DNA of 64,000 bases from DHVE2 group archaeon (lineage in GTDB: Archaea; Thermoplasmatota; Thermoplasmata; Thermoplasmatales; Aciduliprofundaceae). Within the stretch, counting starts at the first letter, position 1. Every line of letters begins with the position of its first letter. Below are positions 37,408-45,631 of this stretch, piece after piece. A program made the position numbers and the translations under genes. The DNA lies in contig WAKX01000040.1 of the NCBI GenBank assembly GCA_015523125.1, positions 19,601-83,600 of the forward strand. Direction: 5' to 3'. The notes under the pieces are model-generated. The model had not been told where the DNA came from, did no database searches, and saw only the letters and a program-made list of their open reading frames with translations.

Positions 37408-37980
37408 ATGGGAGTTACAGCCAATGTTGTTGGAAAATTGGAGGAATTACCCTCCGCTTCATCCATAGCAATAAAAACGGGGGTGAATTCGTACTTCGAC
37501 GTTCTTAGAGCAATAGTGGATGTTTTTCCAGCGAGGCACGATTTATACGTGTTCTACGTATCTTCCACAATTCCTTCGAAAAATATAGAGAACCTATTCA
37601 ATCTTCTGGGAATCGAATCCAATCGTGTGTTTTTCGTGGACACAATATCCCACCTCATGAAGGAAAGCACCGAATTTTCCGATAGATTCCTCTACATCGA
37701 GAGTCCCACGATGCTAGAGTACATAATGCTAAAAATAGAGTACCTCGTGAGAAAATATACGGACAAAAAGGCAGTAGTCATTCTCGATTCCGTGAACTCC
37801 ATGTCCATATACAATGGTTCAAAAATCATGTCCGAATTTCTCCACATTCTCGTGACCTCCCTTAGAAGCTGGGACGCTTACATGATCATCCTCTCGATGA
37901 AAGAACAGAACACAAGCGAAATAGATGCGATGCTGAACATGGTATGCGACGACATATACGATGTGGAGGAGGTGGAGTAA
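37408..37980 (+). CDS. Uncharacterised protein, probable P-loop-less (inactivated) RecA/KaiC-fold domain
   Basis: 190 aa with no GxxGxGK[ST]. It retains strand-like segments in KaiC order (LYVFYVSS, VFFVD, AVVILDSVNSM, AYMIILSM). It starts 1 nt after the previous stop and ends immediately before the next ATG. Confidence 0.5.
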   Translation: MGVTANVVGKLEELPSASSIAIKTGVNSYFDVLRAIVDVFPARHDLYVFYVSSTIPSKNIENLFNLLGIESNRVFFVDTISHLMKESTEFSDRFLYIESPTMLEYIMLKIEYLVRKYTDKKAVVILDSVNSMSIYNGSKIMSEFLHILVTSLRSWDAYMIILSMKEQNTSEIDAMLNMVCDDIYDVEEVE

Positions 37981-38721
37981 ATGGCGTTCAAAACCGTATC
38001 AATTGGATTACCCCTATTAGATAAGGCGCTAATGGACGGAGTTCCCGAGGGTTACACCATTCTTCTCTCAGGCTCGCCGGGCTCCGGCACCGAGCTTTTT
38101 GCAAAGCAATTCGCGGCAGCGGGTTCAAAAGAGGAGAACGTGATGTATATCACCACAACGGAGAGGGATGAGGATATCATAACGACCATGAAGAACTTTG
38201 GCTGGGAGCCGAATATTCAGATAGTGAACGTCGGAGCCGAATATTACCACAAGGTTCTCGAGAAGGAATTGATAATAAGCAAGTACAGGGAAGAAGGAAT
38301 ACCGGTAAACGAGATATTCGCTCCGGCACGCAAGAAAAAGGAGAAGGAAATAAACTTTCTAACCATGATCACCTACGAGATTTCGAAGCTCAAACCTCCG
38401 TTCAGGATAATCATCGACTCCCTCGATTTCTTCCTAAACAATTACGACGGCCCGAAGGTGATTTCCGCCCTGAGAACCATAAAAGCTCATGCGCAGTACT
38501 ACGGCGGTGTCGTCCTCGTTACTATGATGAAAGATGTGTATGATACTCACACCCAGAGCGGCGTGGAGCAGCTGGCGGATATAATTTTAGAGATGGATAT
38601 GCTTCGAACTCCCAAAGGATTCGTGAACCACATAATAATCAAGAAGGTCAGAAATCATCCAGAGAAAGCGGGAATATTCAAGTACCAGATTTACGAAAAA
38701 GGTTTGAAAATCGTGGGGTAA
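37981..38721 (+). CDS. KaiC-like RecA-superfamily protein with a degenerate Walker A (no lysine)
   Basis: GLPLLDKALMDGVPEG + GSPGSGTE (38071-38094), where K-T/S is replaced by T-E. The Walker-B-like segment is IIIDSLDF, and the C-terminus reads IKKVRNH. Confidence 0.8.
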   Translation: MAFKTVSIGLPLLDKALMDGVPEGYTILLSGSPGSGTELFAKQFAAAGSKEENVMYITTTERDEDIITTMKNFGWEPNIQIVNVGAEYYHKVLEKELIISKYREEGIPVNEIFAPARKKKEKEINFLTMITYEISKLKPPFRIIIDSLDFFLNNYDGPKVISALRTIKAHAQYYGGVVLVTMMKDVYDTHTQSGVEQLADIILEMDMLRTPKGFVNHIIIKKVRNHPEKAGIFKYQIYEKGLKIVG

Positions 38722-38722
38722 G

Positions 38723-39808
38723 ATGGAGAGATACGGAGTTGCAAACCTTCCGCTGCATCCGGGTCATGCACCCAGATGGTTGTTCGATAGAATGGTTAAG
38801 CTCTCGGGAGAGATTGTGAAGGTAATCGCTTTAGAATTCGGACCTGACGAAGTATTGAGAAGATTCGCAGACCCTTTCTGGTTTCAGGCGTTCTCATGCG
38901 TAATCGGGTTTGACTGGCATTCCTCAGGAACGACAACGGTGACCCTCGGCTCACTCAAACAAAGCTTAGGGGAAGAACACGGAATCCTGCTGGCCGGAGG
39001 CAAGGGAAAAGCATCTAAAAAAACGCCGGAGGAAATTGAAAAAATCGGCGATGCTTTCAACCTTTCTTCTTCCAAGGTAGAGAGATTAAAGTACACGAGC
39101 AAAATCACGGCCAAGGTGGACAACACTGTTCTCCAAGATGGCTATAACCTCTATCATCATGTGATTATGGTCTCCGAGTCCGGAAATTGGGTGGTGATTC
39201 AGCAGGGGATGAATCCCCAGAAGAAATATGCTCGAAGGTACCACTGGATTTACGGAATAAATAGCTATGTGAATGAGCCCCATTCGGGAATAATAGGGGA
39301 CAGAAAAGAGAAAAGGGTTCTGGACCTCACTTCCGAAAAAAGCCGCGATGCAAGGAAAATATCTGTAGATCTGGCGAAGGAAAATCCAAAGAAAATAAGA
39401 AATATGGTTGTGAACATCAAAGACAGGAAGCAGATGAGCTTAGATGATTTTTCCGGATACAAGGTGCTCCACATGCCATGGAACATAAACTGGAACGCGT
39501 TGTTCGAAGCTTATGAAATACAGCCGAGAGATTACGAAGAGCTCATCTCGATTAGGGGAATAGGGCCATCAACGGTGCGAGCTTTAGCTTACATCTCCGA
39601 GGTCATATACGGAACGGAGATATCGTGGAAAGACCCTGTAAAATATTCGTTTGCGCTCGGCGGGAAGGACGGCGTGCCCAAGCCCGTCGATCGTGAGGCT
39701 TACGACAAAAGCATAGAAATATTGCAGCTGAGCATAGAAGAGGCAAAATTGGGAAATAAGGAGAAAATCGAGATGCTGAAAAGATTGAGAAGGTACGTGC
39801 CCGACTAA
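38723..39808 (+). CDS. DUF763-family protein with a C-terminal helix-hairpin-helix motif
   Basis: 361 aa. The N-terminus LPLHPGHAPRWLF...FDWHSSGTTTV is recognised as DUF763 from memory. The HhH-like segment IRGIGPSTVRALA is at 39551-39589. Confidence 0.7.
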   Translation: MERYGVANLPLHPGHAPRWLFDRMVKLSGEIVKVIALEFGPDEVLRRFADPFWFQAFSCVIGFDWHSSGTTTVTLGSLKQSLGEEHGILLAGGKGKASKKTPEEIEKIGDAFNLSSSKVERLKYTSKITAKVDNTVLQDGYNLYHHVIMVSESGNWVVIQQGMNPQKKYARRYHWIYGINSYVNEPHSGIIGDRKEKRVLDLTSEKSRDARKISVDLAKENPKKIRNMVVNIKDRKQMSLDDFSGYKVLHMPWNINWNALFEAYEIQPRDYEELISIRGIGPSTVRALAYISEVIYGTEISWKDPVKYSFALGGKDGVPKPVDREAYDKSIEILQLSIEEAKLGNKEKIEMLKRLRRYVPD

Positions 39809-42800
39809 TCCCCAAGTACCTCTTCTAAATTAACTACCTTAGCATTCTTCTCTCGACCCAAAATATGCACCACGTGGCTTTTAGTCAGGCTTCTAAAGAT
39901 TATAATCGTCGAAATGAATGTGAATATCAACCCGATGGCAACTACCTCTAATATATCAGAGATTGTAGGAGTTATAATTAGCCGATGCCCGAAAGCCGTG
40001 AGGAGATTCAAGTCATCGATGAAGAGTACCAAAAAATACCCTCCAATTATTCCCAACACAACAGGGACTACTACGTACAAAGATGCTTCTTTCATGTACA
40101 TTGAGAATATCTGCCTGTTGCTGGCGCCTATTGCCCTGAGAATTCCCACGTTGGACATCTTCATGGATTTTATTGTGGTGGAGTAAATTCCGAAGAACAG
40201 GAGGATAAAGGTGACTGCAATGAGTGCAGCGATAACCAAAATGAAATTTCCCTCTGATATCTGGAATCCCTTGTAAATCACTCCCTTGCTCTCGGTGAAC
40301 TTCAAATCCTTTGAATATTTGAGAACCAAATCCGTTGGAAGCTTTTCTACTATGCTCTTCTCCACATCTAAATTAAGAGTTTGATTCTCCACGGTTACAT
40401 GGTGTACACCTTCGTCCAGATATGGGAGATAAATGTATATGCTTTTTCTCTCGTAGGGTTTGAGGAAGATCTGGGAAGAATAATAAATACTTCCGTCCAA
40501 CTTAAGCGTTAAATTGTAATAACCTTCGACGTTGCTGTTCACCATATCCACCACCACTATGCCCCGCTCCCTTGTGGTTATTGTAGAATTAAGCAGGGAT
40601 GCTTTCACTTCAACCTTCCTCACGCTCTCCACAAAGACCAATGCATTGATAGAAGCGTTGTTATTGTTCACATCCTCTGCCCAAACCGTTATATTCTGCC
40701 ACCCACTCGGCAGCATGGGTTGTGTAATTTGAATATGAGAAGCATTCTCGGATAACACCACCGTGTCGTTGCAGGTCACCCACATCTTCTTTACGGCCAC
40801 ATTATCAAAGCCAGAGTATGTGAGGCTCGTGGTGAGATTGATTGCCCCGTAGGAAGGACCTTTTATAACAGGTGGAACTCTTTCTCCCTTGTTGTCGATT
40901 ATTAGCGTAAACGTTTGATTGTTCTCGTTGCCGGAGGAATCTCGAATAAGCAAATTTATAGGATATATACCATCTTGAAGATACCAAACCCTCGTAGCGT
41001 TCTCAAATTCGGTATTTATTAAGAGCGTAGAGTTTGTGGAGTTGTAATAGTGACCCATGAAAAATGCGCTCATAAAAGAAACCCTAACATTATCCCAAGC
41101 AGTTATTTTTGTTGTGTTACCTCCCCACTCCGTGGCCTCTTTCACCAAAAGCTCCGGTTTAATATCATCTAAGATTAGCAGCTTCACCGTTTCATTTTTC
41201 ACATTTCCATTCACATCTCGAGCGTAAATACTCACTGATGAATAACCACATGGAAGAAGGGAAGCGGGGAAAGTGAGATTATCTCCGGTGGAATTGTATA
41301 TTAGCTTCCCATCGTAAAGAACCCACATATCGCGGATTCCAACGTTGTCGAATGCCCTCACACTTATATTCCCGGAAGCATTGTATCCCCCCGTGACCCA
41401 TGGCAAAAATTCGGGGGGATTTTTCTCACCGGTGTTATTTATATTCAAAATAAACACTGACGAATTTGAATTCCCGTTTATATCCCAAGCTGTAACTTCC
41501 ATAGTATAGTTCCCCGGCGGTTCGAAATAAATACCGTTATCATTGGAGAATTGGGTCTTAACCACAACCCGCTTAGAGCCGTTGAAATATTTTCCGAACA
41601 CATGTACCGATACTTTCTGAACCTTCACATCGTCCGTGGCGCTGACAACCGTTGAATTCCCACCCCATATCTCCAAGGAGCTCACCGAGATACTAGGTGG
41701 AGTTGTGTCCGTGTAATTTTTCACAATTACCGTGGAAAAATAGCCGTAATTGAAGTTCAAATCAACCGCTTCTATTTCCAACTTATGCGTTCCATTTGCT
41801 AAATCTCCGCTTGTTAGATTCAAAATACTCCCTGTAGACTCTTTTATCAGATTCGGCCCTTCGTAACATGATATCTTCCAAAGTCCAACGTTGTCGAATG
41901 CTTTGAATTCCACATAACCAAAGGTTAAATTGTAGTAACTCGGGCCAACGATAACCGGAGGATTCCTCTCGTTGTTGTTATTTATGGTTATCGTGAAATT
42001 TGTCTCGTTCTTATTTCCAGATGTGTCATATGCAACCACATGAACCTCATAAGAACCCTGAGGAACGTATTCAACCTCACCGCCGATTCTGAACATAGTG
42101 CTTATGTAAACAGAATCACCCGTTGCGTTAAAATAATGCCCGTAAAAATAGGCAGATATGTTTGCAACTTCCACATTATCCGTAGCTCTCACCAAAGTTC
42201 TGTTTCCGCCCCATATAGTAATATTGCTCACAACTATCTCCGGTTTGATTATGTCTTCTCGGAGAATAACATGGCATGTGATGTTCAAATGTGCGCTCCT
42301 GTTCCAGTAATCCTGGAAAGATAGTTGTAACTCGAATCGAACGCTGTTGACTCCTATGGTCAAATTGTATGTATAATTATCCACGCTCGGATCAAAACTT
42401 TGGTTTGGAAAAACGATGAAATTATGAGAATTCACCTCGTATTCTATTTCCCGTATTGGCACAGGGTCCCGGAGCTCAAAGCTCAGGTTCTCCCCGTAAA
42501 CCACCGACGAGCCATTAGTAACGGGAGAAATTATTAGTGGAGTGTAGTTTTGAACCACGTGAATCGTGAATTTTCCCTCGCCCATGTAATTACCCTTCAG
42601 AACTCTAACCGCCAGAATATGATTTCCTTCCATCTCATCAGGAAGTTGCAGATACGATTTTTCAACGTAGCTCCCGTTGTCGAGGGCCACATAAGGGGTT
42701 CCAGAGGTTAAAATCCGTATATCTCCGCCCTTCTCAACGTATATGGTTCCGTTTAAAGGCTCGGGATATATGGGGGCTATGCTATCCAGCTCCACCCTGC

Positions 42801-43938
42801 CGTAAACGCTCACGTTGAACCTTTTCTCCAAATAACCAAATCCTCTGAAATCAAGAGTATAATTCCCTGTGATGGGAAACACAACGCTCACGTTTCCCCT
42901 CACCTGATAGCTTTTATAATAATTGTTGGGCCCGCTCACGTTGAGGATTCCAGAATCAATAGTTTCATTGTTCACGCTGGTGAATATGTACTCCGTGGGT
43001 GTATTTACGTATGCGAAGCTGGATCCCTGCACGAACACGGGCTTGTCCATCACAGCCACCTGAGTGTAGCAGGTGTAATAGAAAATATCATTCTTGACGA
43101 TGACAGTGAGATTATATTTCCCGCTTTTCTCCGCTAAAAATGACATGTTGATTTTTCTTTCATTCTCGACGTAAATTGTGCTGTTCTTGTATTTGCCCTG
43201 AAAAGACACGCTTACCTCGGCGCTGCCCCCCTTCGAGCCCATGTTTTTGATTGTCACCGTGAAGTTCAGCCTATCGCCAACGTATATTTGTGAAGTTGCG
43301 TTCAGCTCCGCGGTGAATTTTGGATACTCCTCGCTCATGAGCTGATTCACTTTCTCCACATCATCTGTTTTAACCCTTATTATCGATACCTGCCCACTCT
43401 TTATGCCTGCGAGTCTTCTTGCAGTTGGAAGTGAGACCATTATCTCATCATCCGCAGGATCGCCCGTTCTATATATTCCCGTTACATTCACAACCGCAAT
43501 GCTTGAGGTGAATGAGCCGTAAAGGGTTAGCTTGTCTCCAACTTTGATACCTAAAACCTTCGCAACGTCGGCGCCGGCCATGGCCCCGTCCGTCGTGGTT
43601 GGCATTTCTCCAGCGAGCATTGTTCCATTCTCCAACTTAAAAAATTTTTCGAATATGACCCCGCGAATCGTAACCGGCCTGTCTTTCAAAACGGTGAACA
43701 CGAAAATCTCCGGGCTAACAGCTTGAATATAACTCATGTTTTCTAGCCCGTAAGCGATTCCTATGTTCAAATTACTCCTTATGGGATTTTTGTCCGTTGA
43801 AGACGTGAGCACATATACCCCGTTACCGCCCATCATCTTCTCGGGCATGTTGTAAATTGAAATTAGGGAGATATACATCGATGCGAACAGCAGGAAAAGG
43901 ATGAATATGGGAATGATTATTTTCTTGCCGAGAATCAC
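39805..43938 (-). CDS. FtsX/MacB-type ABC permease with a giant (~1200 aa) extracytoplasmic domain of CARDB/Ig-like modules
   Basis: 1377 aa. TM1 is at residues ~6-28. The MacB-PCD-like start is VAKVLGIKVGDKLTL. A long sequon-rich ectodomain follows, then 3 C-terminal TM helices with the FtsX motif ILRAIGASNRQIF. The GTG start overlaps the upstream stop (GTGA). Confidence 0.85.
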   Translation of the reverse strand: MILGKKIIIPIFILFLLFASMYISLISIYNMPEKMMGGNGVYVLTSSTDKNPIRSNLNIGIAYGLENMSYIQAVSPEIFVFTVLKDRPVTIRGVIFEKFFKLENGTMLAGEMPTTTDGAMAGADVAKVLGIKVGDKLTLYGSFTSSIAVVNVTGIYRTGDPADDEIMVSLPTARRLAGIKSGQVSIIRVKTDDVEKVNQLMSEEYPKFTAELNATSQIYVGDRLNFTVTIKNMGSKGGSAEVSVSFQGKYKNSTIYVENERKINMSFLAEKSGKYNLTVIVKNDIFYYTCYTQVAVMDKPVFVQGSSFAYVNTPTEYIFTSVNNETIDSGILNVSGPNNYYKSYQVRGNVSVVFPITGNYTLDFRGFGYLEKRFNVSVYGRVELDSIAPIYPEPLNGTIYVEKGGDIRILTSGTPYVALDNGSYVEKSYLQLPDEMEGNHILAVRVLKGNYMGEGKFTIHVVQNYTPLIISPVTNGSSVVYGENLSFELRDPVPIREIEYEVNSHNFIVFPNQSFDPSVDNYTYNLTIGVNSVRFELQLSFQDYWNRSAHLNITCHVILREDIIKPEIVVSNITIWGGNRTLVRATDNVEVANISAYFYGHYFNATGDSVYISTMFRIGGEVEYVPQGSYEVHVVAYDTSGNKNETNFTITINNNNERNPPVIVGPSYYNLTFGYVEFKAFDNVGLWKISCYEGPNLIKESTGSILNLTSGDLANGTHKLEIEAVDLNFNYGYFSTVIVKNYTDTTPPSISVSSLEIWGGNSTVVSATDDVKVQKVSVHVFGKYFNGSKRVVVKTQFSNDNGIYFEPPGNYTMEVTAWDINGNSNSSVFILNINNTGEKNPPEFLPWVTGGYNASGNISVRAFDNVGIRDMWVLYDGKLIYNSTGDNLTFPASLLPCGYSSVSIYARDVNGNVKNETVKLLILDDIKPELLVKEATEWGGNTTKITAWDNVRVSFMSAFFMGHYYNSTNSTLLINTEFENATRVWYLQDGIYPINLLIRDSSGNENNQTFTLIIDNKGERVPPVIKGPSYGAINLTTSLTYSGFDNVAVKKMWVTCNDTVVLSENASHIQITQPMLPSGWQNITVWAEDVNNNNASINALVFVESVRKVEVKASLLNSTITTRERGIVVVDMVNSNVEGYYNLTLKLDGSIYYSSQIFLKPYERKSIYIYLPYLDEGVHHVTVENQTLNLDVEKSIVEKLPTDLVLKYSKDLKFTESKGVIYKGFQISEGNFILVIAALIAVTFILLFFGIYSTTIKSMKMSNVGILRAIGASNRQIFSMYMKEASLYVVVPVVLGIIGGYFLVLFIDDLNLLTAFGHRLIITPTISDILEVVAIGLIFTFISTIIIFRSLTKSHVVHILGREKNAKVVNLEEVLGD
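40630..42255 (-). repeat. Three tandem, divergent ~180-aa coding repeats inside the giant permease ectodomain
   Basis: The units start at DIIKPEIVVSNITIWGGNRTLVRATDNVEV (42255), DTTPPSISVSSLEIWGGNSTVVSATDDVKV (41709) and DDIKPELLVKEATEWGGNTTKITAWDNVRV (41169). Each continues with ...ERNPPVIVGPSY / EKNPPEF / ERVPPVIKGPSY and ..AFDNVG... Confidence 0.85.
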
Positions 43939-44933
43939 GAGAGCACCCCCTTCATTCCGCGGATTATGTTGATTTTTAGAGTGGAATAAATAGGGGATAT
44001 GGCGGCTATTAAGCTTCCCACCACTGCAATAATCAGATCCGCGATGAACACCACATGCGGAATATATATGTTGAAGTAAGTGAGCATCCCGAATAGGGGA
44101 ATTATCGCAGCCAGAAGATAAGCAAGAGCGACCCCTACGGAGAAGCCCAGCACGGTGCCCGCAGAGCCAATGTATAGGGAGCGGAGAAGGTAAAGGGCAG
44201 CTATGTTCTTTTTCGTTGAGCCTATTGCACGCATTATTGCGATTTTTTTCACATTCTCCTTTATCTCTATCGTGAGAAGAGCGTTGATGAACAGGTATAT
44301 TACTATCATTGAAATCAAATCCAAAAGAAACAGGTCGAAGCTTATCTCCTCCGCCGTCTTTTCATAAAAAGAGGAAAGCGCAGTGAGGATTTTCGTCTGA
44401 TATCCTTTCACTTCCACATACTTGTCCACGATAACGAAATTCGCCTGACGTCCGGAGAGAAGTGTGTAATTCACCACTGCCCAGTAATTGGGGAAGAAGG
44501 AAAAGCTCATTCTCCTGTCCAGTGTTAGATTCATGTCCTCGTGGTCGAATTCCACGTGCACATCCTTTCCAACCTTCAAATCGGAGCCAACTATGATTCG
44601 ATCCAAATCGCAGGAGTAATAGCCTCCCAGAATGTTGTGCGGGTCATATATACCCACTATGTACGTGGACACATTATTCACTTTGGCCGGTTCAACCCAG
44701 AAATAAGCTGCATTTTCCATGTGCAAATTCACGCGGCTGTCGAGCAAATTGTCCGATGAGGAGATGAGATAATAATTTGACTCAAATTTCTCAATCAGGG
44801 CCTTATTGCTAAGCTCGAAGCTGTACACTATAATCAGGGTGGAAGTGACAAACATAACCACTATAGCGATGGTTATAACAGTGAGCTTTGAACGCTTTGT
44901 AAGCGAGACAACGTACCTGAGAGGTGAAATCAT
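43935..44933 (-). CDS. FtsX/MacB-type ABC permease (short partner, ~170-aa ectodomain)
   Basis: 332 aa. TM1, then the loop, then IAIMRAIGSTKKNIAALY followed by 3 TM helices. Confidence 0.85.
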   Translation of the reverse strand: MISPLRYVVSLTKRSKLTVITIAIVVMFVTSTLIIVYSFELSNKALIEKFESNYYLISSSDNLLDSRVNLHMENAAYFWVEPAKVNNVSTYIVGIYDPHNILGGYYSCDLDRIIVGSDLKVGKDVHVEFDHEDMNLTLDRRMSFSFFPNYWAVVNYTLLSGRQANFVIVDKYVEVKGYQTKILTALSSFYEKTAEEISFDLFLLDLISMIVIYLFINALLTIEIKENVKKIAIMRAIGSTKKNIAALYLLRSLYIGSAGTVLGFSVGVALAYLLAAIIPLFGMLTYFNIYIPHVVFIADLIIAVVGSLIAAISPIYSTLKINIIRGMKGVLS

Positions 44934-44943
44934 TTAGGCTCGC

Positions 44944-44957
44944 AAAAGATATATACC
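44944..44957. promoter_or_regulatory. Single near-palindromic TATA element in the 44-bp divergent spacer between the permease and ATPase genes
   Basis: The sequence aaaagatatatacc has its centre about 27 nt from the GTG at 44978 (consistent with a leaderless ATPase mRNA) and about 18 nt from the ATG at 44933. Confidence 0.4.
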
Positions 44958-44977
44958 CTTATTAACTTTATGTCGTT

Positions 44978-45631
44978 GTGAGCCAAATCGAAGTTAAGAA
45001 CGTTTCCAAGAGCTACGGAAAGAAAAAAGTCCTAGATTCTGTGAGTTTCAACGTTGATAAGGGAGAAATTTTGCTCATCGAAGGGCGTTCGGGAATTGGA
45101 AAGACAACCCTTCTAAACATTATGGCCGGAATAGATCATCCAGATGAAGGAACCGTAATAATAGAAGGGGAAGATATATTCAAGATGAGCGAGGACAAAA
45201 GGGCGAAATTCAGGCTCGAAAAGATAGGCATAATTTTCCAGCAGATGAATCTTATAGAGGATTTGAACGTTATGGAGAACATAGCCCTTCCCTTGAAACT
45301 CGCCGGCAAGAAGTGGAAAGAAAGGGTTGATGAGCTCTTGAAATACATGAAGATTGAGAATCTGAAGTACGAGATGCCAACCTCGCTGAGCGGCGGAGAG
45401 ATGCAACGCTGCGCGATAGCGAGGGCCATAGCAAACGAACCGGAAATTCTGATTGCGGACGAGCCCACATCCAATTTGGACGATGAGAACACGAAGAACA
45501 TAAGCGAATTGTTCACGAGGATAAACAAAGAGATGGGTACGACGATAATCATCGCCACCCACGACCCGAGAATAAATCATATCGCTTCTGAAATAATAAA
45601 CCTTGCGCGGGAGGAGAAAAATGAGGGATAA
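44978..45631 (+). CDS. ABC transporter ATP-binding protein, MacB/LolD type
   Basis: Walker A GRSGIGKTT, Q-loop IFQQ, signature LSGGEMQR, Walker B ILIADEPT, H-loop ATH. GTG start. Confidence 0.92.
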   Translation: MSQIEVKNVSKSYGKKKVLDSVSFNVDKGEILLIEGRSGIGKTTLLNIMAGIDHPDEGTVIIEGEDIFKMSEDKRAKFRLEKIGIIFQQMNLIEDLNVMENIALPLKLAGKKWKERVDELLKYMKIENLKYEMPTSLSGGEMQRCAIARAIANEPEILIADEPTSNLDDENTKNISELFTRINKEMGTTIIIATHDPRINHIASEIINLAREEKNEG

